A stretch of DNA of 22,323 nt from Candidatus Thorarchaeota archaeon (GTDB lineage Archaea; Asgardarchaeota; Thorarchaeia; Thorarchaeales; Thorarchaeaceae), in NCBI GenBank assembly GCA_046758445.1, contig JBHIAE010000047.1, positions 1-22,323 on the forward strand, in the 5' to 3' direction. How positions within the stretch are numbered: the first letter of the stretch is position 1; every line of letters starts with the position of its first letter. Of this stretch, positions 1 to 7,631 are shown piece by piece. The position numbers and the translations under genes were made by a program. Under the pieces are notes generated by a model. The model was not told the origin of the DNA. It saw only the letters and a program-made list of their open reading frames with translations, and did not search any database.

Positions 1-1344
1 ATAGTCCTCATAGATGTCAAGACTGCTGGAGCATCAGGGGACATGTTCCTTTCCGCATTGGTCAGCCTGTTTGGAGAAGAGAATGCCCTTCTCCCAGTGA
101 CCGCTAGCCTTCTGATACACGACCCATCTCTGAGGGTCCGCTTTATACCGAAGACAGAACACGGTCACTCTGGTATGACTGTTGAACTAACAAGTGACCC
201 CGGCATACGTTATGATTCGAACTCTCTGAAGGAAATTGTGTCTTCAGTTTCCGATGAGCTGGAGCTCTCCAAGGCCGCCACGAAGATTGCAGAGAAGGCG
301 CTGAACGAACTACTGGAGGCGGAATCCCGCGCTCACGAAACCCCGGTAGAGAAGCTCCACCTCCATGAAACAGGAGCTGTAGACACCGTTCTTGACATTG
401 TTGGAACAGCCTTTTTGCTGGAGAAGGCAGAACTGCTCGATGATACGAAGTTCATAGCGACACATGTAGCCGTTGGCACAGGCACAATTCAGACTGAACA
501 AGGCGAAATGGAGGTGCCTGTTCCAGCTGTTGCGGAGATTCTGGTTGCACATGACGTTCCATTCATCATGGGTGCTGCGGAAACTGAGGTCTTGACACCC
601 ACGGGTGCGGCACTTCTTGTGACTCTCGCTGATGAATACGTCGAGTCAGTAGAAGGCTTTGTGACAAAACGTCAAGGCATAGCCTTTGGTCATAGAGATC
701 TGGGCGAGATTCCCAACAGCATGAGGATTGCTGTAGGCGAGTTTGCCGAGGAGCGCGAAGACGAACCAATTCCTGCTAAGAAGGAGCCAAAGAAGAAGGC
801 ACCTCCCAGGAAGAAACCGGCCAAGAAGAAACCCGGGCCCTCCAAAGAAGAGGAGCGACTCGATATGGCTGAAAGATGGAGTTCTGACGAAGTGGTTGTG
901 ATTGAAACCAATGTCGATGACATAGATGGAGAAGCCATAGGCACTCTGTTCGATGCGCTTCTGTCAGAGGGTCTTGCATATGATGTAGTGATGATTCCGG
1001 CTTATGGGAAGAAGAATCGTCCATGCTATGTCATCAAGGTGATCGCGGCAAAGGCCGGTCTCAAGAGCATAGCAGCCATAATGATCAGACATCTTGGGAC
1101 ACTGGGGATTCGTTATACGACGTGGGACAGACTCAAGGCGGCGCGCGAGAGTCTGGTCTGCAAGCTTGAGATTCAGGGTAGAGAGTTCATGGTACGAGTG
1201 AAGGTTTCTCGCGGCATAGATGGCAGTATAATCAACATCAAGCCTGAAGCCGACGATGTGATGAAAGTGTCAAAGGAAACTGGAATTCCAGTTCGTGAAC
1301 TCAAGCCAAGGATTGCGATGCAGGCTCACGCAATCACTGAATAG
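1..1344 (+). CDS. larC: LarC-family nickel-pincer cofactor biosynthesis (nickel insertion) protein, 5'-truncated by the window edge
   Basis: Frame is open from base 1 (IVLIDVKTAGASGDMFLSAL, matching the LarC N-terminal D..SG.SGDM.LGAL motif), so the true start lies upstream of the window and not at 43. Also HLHETGAVDTVLDIVG (HFHEVG-like), E..TPTGAA, ETNVDD, GKKNRP, TLGIR and KPEADD (KPEYED-like) motifs. Confidence 0.9.
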   Translation: MVLIDVKTAGASGDMFLSALVSLFGEENALLPVTASLLIHDPSLRVRFIPKTEHGHSGMTVELTSDPGIRYDSNSLKEIVSSVSDELELSKAATKIAEKALNELLEAESRAHETPVEKLHLHETGAVDTVLDIVGTAFLLEKAELLDDTKFIATHVAVGTGTIQTEQGEMEVPVPAVAEILVAHDVPFIMGAAETEVLTPTGAALLVTLADEYVESVEGFVTKRQGIAFGHRDLGEIPNSMRIAVGEFAEEREDEPIPAKKEPKKKAPPRKKPAKKKPGPSKEEERLDMAERWSSDEVVVIETNVDDIDGEAIGTLFDALLSEGLAYDVVMIPAYGKKNRPCYVIKVIAAKAGLKSIAAIMIRHLGTLGIRYTTWDRLKAARESLVCKLEIQGREFMVRVKVSRGIDGSIINIKPEADDVMKVSKETGIPVRELKPRIAMQAHAITE

Positions 1345-1362
1345 ACCGATTTTGATTTGTCT

Positions 1363-3639
1363 TCATTGTGTCGAAACCTGCACGAGTTTCGCTGGTTTCT
1401 CCTTGATATCGAAGTCCTTGAGATACTGATGAGGCACTAGGTTCTCAAAGGCCCTGCTGCAGAGATTTGCATAAGCCTCAGGATCATACCTTGTTGTATC
1501 ATCAAAGAGCTCCACCGCTTTGACCCGTCGCATTGGACTCTCCGACTCCGCACTCACTAGGACATAACGCACCTTCTGTCCTGCATGAAGCTCTCTGCCG
1601 CTCTCCACCAATTGGTGTGCAACTATGGCCGCCCTAGACATGGCCCGGTATTCGTGCGGCTCACGCGTCAAACGTGTATGTAGAATCAGATCCCTCATGT
1701 CCACATCTCCTTTGTACAACTTCTCAATGTAATCATGACACACAAGATGTGCTTCGGGTATCTTCTCTATGAACTCGGTCTTGTTGCGAGCGCGTGCAAA
1801 TGTCTTAATCATCGCCATTTGGCAGTCACCCACATAGAGGCATGTGTCTCGTCGTCTGGTTTCTATACCGCGAGTCTTGATGCCCCCATTGGCATAGACT
1901 CCATAGTATCGGTTTAGCGGCGCAATAGAGGGATGCAGTCGCGATGACGGGATTACCATCCATCTATAGACACCCTTGGGGGACATCGTGATGTCGACCG
2001 CATCAGAAACTCTCTGACAGAACTCAACGACTCTGCCATATTTCGGTTCCCCATTCGATCTCATCCATACCGAGTCAACAATACCATGTATCAACTCAAA
2101 ACCCATCTCTTCGCCAATCTCTTGAGTTGTCAGGAGTACATCTCGTGCAAGTGCCGTGACAGCCGTGTGTGCCTCCACTCGCCCAAATCTTGCGTTCTTG
2201 AAACCAAGATAGCCAAAGCACGACACCAGCACCCCCTTCAGTGTGTTCTCCATCAATCTGTACTTCTTGGCATCATGCCCCTTCTCAATCTGTTTCTTGA
2301 ACTCCCGACGCTTCTTCACGACCAGTTCGAGCGACTCTGAAACAATGCTCCTCTTTCTCGTGCATAGCCGAAATGGCATCTCTGGAACCCTGATACAGTA
2401 CTTCTCATCATATGGACAGTCTTCAAGTGTGCAGATTGTCTCCGGACTGATGTTTCGGTTCACCATCAGAGTGGGGTACATTGAGGAAAAGTCGCACTCT
2501 GCGATGTTCTCGTAGATGTCCGGTTTCGGTTGGAGAATAAGTCCTCCGCGGTCAACGGCGGCCAGTTCATTCACAGACTTCAGGAACTCGGGATTTCGCT
2601 TCACTGGCGGTATCAGAATGTGCCTCTTGTAGGCATTATAGTACTGTACTGCTGCATTGACACTGCCTATTGACATCCTTGCGACTCTCTGAGGCTGTGC
2701 AAATGCCAGTCTACAGCCCTCGACGACTCCCGCCATTCCGGATGGTGAGTAGTAGAGGCTCCCCGATCGGTCAATATGGATACGCCCATTGAACATGACT
2801 TGGTTGCCTGCTCTGTAGACAATCTGGTTGTACTGCCAGAATGACTTTGGCTCGCGATGCACAACCTTCAGAGGAGTTCCATCACGTGACATCACGAGAT
2901 TCACTCCATTCAGCTTTGCTCGTAGAGTCAGATATCTGAAGAGACTCTCGTCGCCGCCTCGACTCACAATCACGTCCGGATCGATTCCGTCAATAGTCCG
3001 TTGAAACTCGAGTAGAATCTCCTTCTCACTCTCACCTTCTATTCGGATAGTCAGTCCCCTGTGGTAGATGTCTATGTGGTGTATCTTGTCATCTATTCTG
3101 GGGAAGACCTGTCGGGTGTCAACGAACACCTCAAACCCAATCTCTTCCAGGTCGGGAATCTCATACTCGGAATCCTCTCGGCTGTCAAGACATCGTATCT
3201 GGGTGACAGTGCTGTCATCCAGCTCGAACTCAACTCTCCCAAATGGGAAGATCTCCTCGTTGATGAAGAACTGCTGCACTGGGTCTATGTCCGCGTGGAA
3301 CACGGTCGTTCCCGGTATTCTCTCTAGATCCCTTGCCACCTCCCAGAGCGCATCTGGTGTGGTAAAGACCTGCAACACTCGGCTCATCTCATCATCATAG
3401 ACACTGACATACTTCTTGACAAACTTCGTTTCAGTCACTCTTTGATGCGTGCGTACGGCCCTGAAGACATCTGTATCAGTCCACTCAAGTCCCTTCATCT
3501 GTTCGCTACTGACAAAGACTGATGGATTGAAGTTTCGATACAAGTAACCCCGAGTCTTTCCATTGGTCTTAATCCAAAGGGTCAGAGCCTGGTTTCTGTG
3601 GTTCACACTGGCATCAAGAAGCCATCCGACCTGTCTCAT
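1363..3639 (-). CDS. polB2: Family B DNA polymerase, archaeal PolB2/Dpo2 type (degenerate exonuclease, variant motif C)
   Basis: 758 aa; motif A DFSSMYP, motif B KGVLVSCFGYLG (V in place of the canonical N), motif C HGIVDS in place of YGDTDS, KTRGIETRRRD; no recognisable Exo I/II/III acidic residues; adjacent small partner gene typical of PolB2 loci. Confidence 0.9.
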   Translation of the reverse strand: MRQVGWLLDASVNHRNQALTLWIKTNGKTRGYLYRNFNPSVFVSSEQMKGLEWTDTDVFRAVRTHQRVTETKFVKKYVSVYDDEMSRVLQVFTTPDALWEVARDLERIPGTTVFHADIDPVQQFFINEEIFPFGRVEFELDDSTVTQIRCLDSREDSEYEIPDLEEIGFEVFVDTRQVFPRIDDKIHHIDIYHRGLTIRIEGESEKEILLEFQRTIDGIDPDVIVSRGGDESLFRYLTLRAKLNGVNLVMSRDGTPLKVVHREPKSFWQYNQIVYRAGNQVMFNGRIHIDRSGSLYYSPSGMAGVVEGCRLAFAQPQRVARMSIGSVNAAVQYYNAYKRHILIPPVKRNPEFLKSVNELAAVDRGGLILQPKPDIYENIAECDFSSMYPTLMVNRNISPETICTLEDCPYDEKYCIRVPEMPFRLCTRKRSIVSESLELVVKKRREFKKQIEKGHDAKKYRLMENTLKGVLVSCFGYLGFKNARFGRVEAHTAVTALARDVLLTTQEIGEEMGFELIHGIVDSVWMRSNGEPKYGRVVEFCQRVSDAVDITMSPKGVYRWMVIPSSRLHPSIAPLNRYYGVYANGGIKTRGIETRRRDTCLYVGDCQMAMIKTFARARNKTEFIEKIPEAHLVCHDYIEKLYKGDVDMRDLILHTRLTREPHEYRAMSRAAIVAHQLVESGRELHAGQKVRYVLVSAESESPMRRVKAVELFDDTTRYDPEAYANLCSRAFENLVPHQYLKDFDIKEKPAKLVQVSTQ

Positions 3640-3923
3640 CAGGTCCCCTTCTCCTGAGCTCTTTTCTCAAGCTCATTGAGCCTCCGCTGGAGTTCGTCGA
3701 CTTTCTTGAGCAGCTCTGCCACTGTCGAAACAAGAGCCACTTCCATGACTCGTGGCGTGACTATCATAGTGCCAGCATCGGCGTACTCTCGGGCATAGTC
3801 AAAGACGCGATCAAGTACTTCTCTATTTTGAGGCTTGAGTACTCTTCGGAATCCCTTCCATCTTGTTTCTTCAAGTCTAATGGAATCGCGAAAAGTGCGC
3901 GCGGTCCGACCGATTCCAATCAT
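3639..3923 (-). CDS. Small PolB2-associated helical protein (arCOG07300-like)
   Basis: 94 aa with GRT..tFR....E..RW..FRR.L....RE..DR.F.YAR..A.AG pattern characteristic of the small gene upstream of polB2; its TGA overlaps the polB2 ATG by 1 nt (translational coupling). Confidence 0.8.
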   Translation of the reverse strand: MIGIGRTARTFRDSIRLEETRWKGFRRVLKPQNREVLDRVFDYAREYADAGTMIVTPRVMEVALVSTVAELLKKVDELQRRLNELEKRAQEKGT

Positions 3924-4115
3924 CTCCTATCAGTTTCTGGGTGGCGTGGCAAATGTCTTGCCCTCACAGTTTCACATCAGAGATTGTAGGTCTTGCGGAA
4001 CGCAATTGTCTGATTTAGGGAACAGGTGTAAGGGGGACGGAGTTCCGAAAGTAAGAACCAACCTCTCGAACGGAACCGCCTGTGATGTCTCGGAGCGCAT
4101 CAGAATCAAGGTCTA

Positions 4116-4367
4116 TCAACCATCCAAGCTTGCTCGGTAGACCCGTGACCGAGAGGCCAGAAGGATGCCACAGATGAATAGGGCTGCGCCCAACAATGTA
4201 TAGATCCACCAGTTGGAGGGGAAGACGATTGCGAGAGCGGGTGTGTATATAATGAGACTCGCTCCGGTCCCAGCTAGCACGAGGCCTACAAGAAGCAATA
4301 TTACAGACTTCCTATCCTCAGGAATCCTTGTTCGTTCTGGTAGCAGAGTTCCCAATGCTAATACCAC
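4116..4367 (-). CDS. Small membrane protein of unknown function (2-3 TM helices); start uncertain
   Basis: Hydrophobic segments VILLLVGLVLAGTGASLIIY and WWIYTLLGAALFICGILLA with a basic C-terminus; the frame continues hydrophobically upstream of the GTG up to an in-frame TAA at 4398-4400. Confidence 0.55.
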   Translation of the reverse strand: MVLALGTLLPERTRIPEDRKSVILLLVGLVLAGTGASLIIYTPALAIVFPSNWWIYTLLGAALFICGILLASRSRVYRASLDG

Positions 4368-4450
4368 CAGTACGAGTCCTAGTGCGAAAGCACAACATTA
4401 TGAGCAGAGTAACCAGGAAGACTTCTTGGAGATACTATGGAACATATCGG

Positions 4451-4464
4451 TTAAATATCGATAT
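4451..4464 (+). promoter_or_regulatory. Putative TATA box for aor overlapped by a 10-bp palindrome
   Basis: TTAAATAT at 4451-4458, about 40-50 nt upstream of the aor ATG; palindrome ATATCGATAT at 4455-4464; SD-like GGAGGT at 4485-4490. Confidence 0.4.
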
Positions 4465-4499
4465 CCACATACATTGTGACGTTGGGAGGTATCGAAGAG

Positions 4500-6287
4500 A
4501 TGAGTAAGATTCTGCGCGTAAATATGAGTGATATGAGTCATAAATGGGAAGATGTTCCCTCCAAATACGAAACCTTGGCTGGAAGGGCGTTCACTTCCGC
4601 TGTTATCAGCGCAGAGGTGGAGCCAACATGCCACCCTCTGCGCGAGAATAACAAATTCGTCATTTCCCCGGGCCTACTCGCCGGCACAGTTGCGCCATCA
4701 TCAGGGCGACTCAGTGTGGGAGGCAAGTCGCCTCTCACAGGAGGCATCAAGGAGGCGAACGCAGGTGGTCTCACCGCTACCAAGCTCGGCCGATTGGGTA
4801 TCCGAGGAGTCGTGGTTGAGGGGATGCCCAAGAGTGACGATTGGTACAGCATTATCATCGGACAGAACAAGTGCGAGATAGCCAAGACTAACGAATACGC
4901 GGGCATCAGCCTTTACGAATTGATTGGGAAGGTCTGGAAAGACTACGAAGGCAAACCCGGAATCATCGGTTGTGGATTAGCTGGACAACGACTGCTCAAG
5001 GGATCTGGTGTTTTCGGCAACAATGTACAGAACTCGGATCCAGGCCGCTACGCTGGTAGAGGAGGCCTCGGTGCGGTACTAGGCTCAAAACGGGTTGTGG
5101 CAGTAATCAGTGATGACAAGGGGGGTGCGCGTCCAGAGCCCAAGGACAAGAAGATGTTCGACACCGGCCGCAAGAAGCTTGTGGAGGCACTTGCCATACA
5201 CGCAGTCACAGGCAGGGAGAAGGACGACGAGGGAAAGCTGTTTGGCGGCCTAGCGAACTACGGGACAAATATCCTGCAAAACATCATGAGTGAGGCCGGA
5301 GGTCTCCCCACCAGAGGGTTCAGCTCCGGGCGCTTTGAGAATGCGGCCAAGATATCAGGTGAGGCAGTTCATGCTCTTGTTGACGAAACAAGAGAGAAGT
5401 TTGGTGACAAGGCCGAAGGGCAATACGCCCATTCTTGTCACCCGGGCTGTGTCATGAAATGCTCCAATGTAGTGCCGTACAAGGACACAGGTAAGGCTCA
5501 TGTTTCTCCTCTTGAATATGAGTCTGCATGGGCACTTGGTTCCAATCTTGACATCGGCGTACTTCATGATGTGGCTGAGCTGAATCGACTATGCAACGAT
5601 TTGGGCCTGGACACAATCGAAGCAGGAAACACAATCGCCATGTTCATGGAAGGCGGAGTCATACCGTTTGGAGATGGACCAGCTGCGATTGAACTCTTGA
5701 AGGCGGCATACGATCCTGACTCGGTTCGCGGAAAGCTCGTTTGCTCAGGGGCCCAGGCAGCTGGTGAGGCTCTAGGAGTCACTCGCATTCCTGTGGTGAA
5801 AGGACAGTCGTTGCCTGCCTATGATCCTCGTCCAATCCGTGGAATAGGCGTGACCTACGCGACCACACCGATGGGGGCGGATCATACTGCTGGCTACACG
5901 ATTGCCGCGGAGATCCTCGGAATCAAGGGCGAGGTCACAGATCCACGTGCATTGGACAAGTCAGAACTCTCACGAGCCTTCCAGGCAACAACTGCATACA
6001 TCGACTCCACTGGCTACTGCCTATTCATAGCGTTCTGCATATTGGACGACGATGATGGATTCGCTGGAATGACCGACTCTGTGAATGGATTCCTTGGCAA
6101 GAAGATCGACGTGACTGAGTATGGTACAGATATCCTGAAGAACGAGCGTGACTTCAACAAGCGAGCTGGTTTCACAAACGAAGACGACAGACTTCCGGAG
6201 TTCTTCCATACAGAACCGCTTCCTCCTCATAACTCCGTGTTCGAGGTCAGTAATGAGGAGCTAGACAAGGTTTACGAAAACATGTGA
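4500..6287 (+). CDS. aor: Aldehyde:ferredoxin oxidoreductase family (W/Mo-bis-pterin, 4Fe-4S)
   Basis: N-terminus MSKILRVNM (ATG 4500 follows GGAGGT; preferred over GTG 4476), KSPLTGGIKEANAGG, GRGGLGAVLGSK, CHPGCVMKC, EYES, CNDLGLDTI, GADH, DSTGYCLF, DDRLPEFF motifs. Confidence 0.93.
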   Translation: MSKILRVNMSDMSHKWEDVPSKYETLAGRAFTSAVISAEVEPTCHPLRENNKFVISPGLLAGTVAPSSGRLSVGGKSPLTGGIKEANAGGLTATKLGRLGIRGVVVEGMPKSDDWYSIIIGQNKCEIAKTNEYAGISLYELIGKVWKDYEGKPGIIGCGLAGQRLLKGSGVFGNNVQNSDPGRYAGRGGLGAVLGSKRVVAVISDDKGGARPEPKDKKMFDTGRKKLVEALAIHAVTGREKDDEGKLFGGLANYGTNILQNIMSEAGGLPTRGFSSGRFENAAKISGEAVHALVDETREKFGDKAEGQYAHSCHPGCVMKCSNVVPYKDTGKAHVSPLEYESAWALGSNLDIGVLHDVAELNRLCNDLGLDTIEAGNTIAMFMEGGVIPFGDGPAAIELLKAAYDPDSVRGKLVCSGAQAAGEALGVTRIPVVKGQSLPAYDPRPIRGIGVTYATTPMGADHTAGYTIAAEILGIKGEVTDPRALDKSELSRAFQATTAYIDSTGYCLFIAFCILDDDDGFAGMTDSVNGFLGKKIDVTEYGTDILKNERDFNKRAGFTNEDDRLPEFFHTEPLPPHNSVFEVSNEELDKVYENM

Positions 6288-6297
6288 AGACCAGTAT

Positions 6298-6331
6298 CAG
6301 GGGGCTCAGGCTCCCTGTTCCATCTTTTTTT
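6298..6331 (+). terminator. Hairpin plus T-tract terminator after aor
   Basis: CAGGGGGC-TCAG-GCTCCCTG stem-loop (6298-6317, one G-U pair) followed by a T7 run at 6325-6331, starting 10 nt after the aor stop. Confidence 0.7.
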
Positions 6332-6382
6332 CTGGGTCCGAAATGAGATACCTTATCTGGCCTAGGCAGGTCACTGATTACA

Positions 6383-6691
6383 ATGATTCGAATCCATCTC
6401 TATGGCTGCTTGCGCGAACTTGTCATTGGCAGTCGCCCTGACGAGGATACTGTTCTAGAACGGAAGACTGTTCCAGGTGAAACCTTCCAAGAACTTGTCA
6501 TGCGTCTAGGCTTGAGTCTTGACGAGATGGGCGATTGTTTCATCAATGGCACACTTGCGAAGCCCGAGGATCCCGTACCAGATGGTGCCCGAGTTGGTCT
6601 CTTTCCCTTCAACATGGTTCTTCTTTGTGGCGGGCAGCACCTGAAAGGGCACGGATACACGAAGACTAATCCTGATGTTGACTACTACTAG
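6383..6691 (+). CDS. MoaD/ThiS-like ubiquitin-fold protein with internal GG and C-terminal extension
   Basis: Beta-grasp signature (IRIHLYGCLRE...GETFQELV..LGL.....FING......V.DGARVGLFP); GG is followed by 18 further residues. Confidence 0.75.
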   Translation: MIRIHLYGCLRELVIGSRPDEDTVLERKTVPGETFQELVMRLGLSLDEMGDCFINGTLAKPEDPVPDGARVGLFPFNMVLLCGGQHLKGHGYTKTNPDVDYY

Positions 6692-6699
6692 GTGGTTGT

Positions 6700-6942
6700 A
6701 TGAAAGTCAATGTGAAGCTTTATGCAACGCTGCAGAAGCTTGCACCCCCCGAGGTTGAGATTGGAGAGGCGTTTGCTGTCGAAATAGACGGGAGCACCAT
6801 CCTCGATTTGTTGAAGCAACTTGGTATCGAGGAAGAGCAGGCTCGCATAGTCATGCTAAATGGTATTCGAGTCAACGACATGTCACAGGAACTCGAATCG
6901 GACGATCTTGTTGTCATGTTTCCTCCGATAGGCGGGGGCTGA
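6700..6942 (+). CDS. moaD: MoaD/ThiS family sulfur carrier (SAMP-like)
   Basis: 80 aa; MKVNVKLYATL...TILDLLKQLGI....IVMLNG....DLVVMFPPIGGG with canonical C-terminal GG; SD-like AGGTGG upstream; typical neighbour of aor. Confidence 0.9.
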   Translation: MKVNVKLYATLQKLAPPEVEIGEAFAVEIDGSTILDLLKQLGIEEEQARIVMLNGIRVNDMSQELESDDLVVMFPPIGGG

Positions 6943-7020
6943 CAGGTCCACAAGGAACGTCTGCTACACATTCATGTTGCAACTCAGCTATGGGCTCCTG
7001 AGGCTAGGAGATTCCCCAAG

Positions 7021-7227
7021 ATGACACAATCTTCAGAATCGCCTCCTCCTGTTGCTGACTTTGATGCGGCTATGTATATGGATATCATGAGAGAAGACCC
7101 GCCGCTGAAGAGGTACGTATCGAGGGGCGACATGCGGGACTCAATCGACATTCCAGGTCCACACGACGAGGTTGACCTTGCAGTCTTCAGAGTGGTGTGC
7201 TACCGCGAAAAGCTTGTTCGCGCTTGA
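7021..7227 (+). CDS. Hypothetical small acidic protein
   Basis: 68-aa ORF with protein-like composition and an upstream AGGAGA; fills the gap between moaD and a convergent ORF; no recognisable motif. Confidence 0.35.
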   Translation: MTQSSESPPPVADFDAAMYMDIMREDPPLKRYVSRGDMRDSIDIPGPHDEVDLAVFRVVCYREKLVRA

Positions 7228-7631
7228 AGGTCATTCAGGCTTTCGGCATCTATCTTCCCGAATGCATTTAGGAACTCGACGTCAAGCCCAATGACTGACT
7301 CGAGCCCCAGGATGCTGATGAAACCATCTCGAATCTTTCCAGGCCGTAATCCCCAGCAAGTGATCTCATCTCCGACGGCTTGAGGATTCCTACGAAGCTC
7401 CTCTTCTAAGAAGACCCTTTTGTCGTAGGATTTCGTTTTGTAAGGTACATTGTAGCCTACCGTCTTGAAAGGGATGGAATTGATCTCTTCTGCTACACTG
7501 GGCCATCCTCTTCTTCTGATGCGTGCATCTACATCTCTATGAAGCTTTTCGTATGCCCTCAAGCGCAGCAGCTTATCTAGCCCCTCTTCTTCATGCATAG
7601 TACTCCAATAGTCGTGTCGGTCTGTGGCCAC
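7200..7631 (-). CDS. Hypothetical protein (start uncertain)
   Basis: 143-aa ORF with charged, globular-like composition; no recognisable family; may start at the internal Met (MHEEEG). Confidence 0.5.
   Translation of the reverse strand: MATDRHDYWSTMHEEEGLDKLLRLRAYEKLHRDVDARIRRRGWPSVAEEINSIPFKTVGYNVPYKTKSYDKRVFLEEELRRNPQAVGDEITCWGLRPGKIRDGFISILGLESVIGLDVEFLNAFGKIDAESLNDLQARTSFSR

Noticed and set aside
748-855. Programmed frameshift or DNA tandem repeat at the LarC domain junction
   Set aside because: The frame is continuous through both domains and the AAG-rich pattern is explained by Lys codons, with no exact repeat unit.
1363-3923. PolB as a marker of a casposon, provirus or other mobile element
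   Set aside because: It is the cellular PolB2 type and not protein-primed; no Cas1, integrase, capsid, terminal inverted repeats or target duplications are visible, and the flanks are metabolic genes.
3924-4115. DNA-damage-responsive boxes upstream of the PolB2 module (ANTTTC hexamers, GTTC/GAAC SOS-like half-sites)
   Set aside because: The motifs are short enough to occur by chance, orientations are mixed, and spacings match no LexA consensus I know; cannot be supported without comparative data.
7200-7202. Pyrrolysine/amber read-through of the 143-aa ORF, or genome-wide TAG recoding
   Set aside because: TAG terminates well-defined genes at their expected ends here (larC, fwdG-like, cdhB, fwdD-like), and the read-through product is Ser/Gly-rich, antisense-like sequence.
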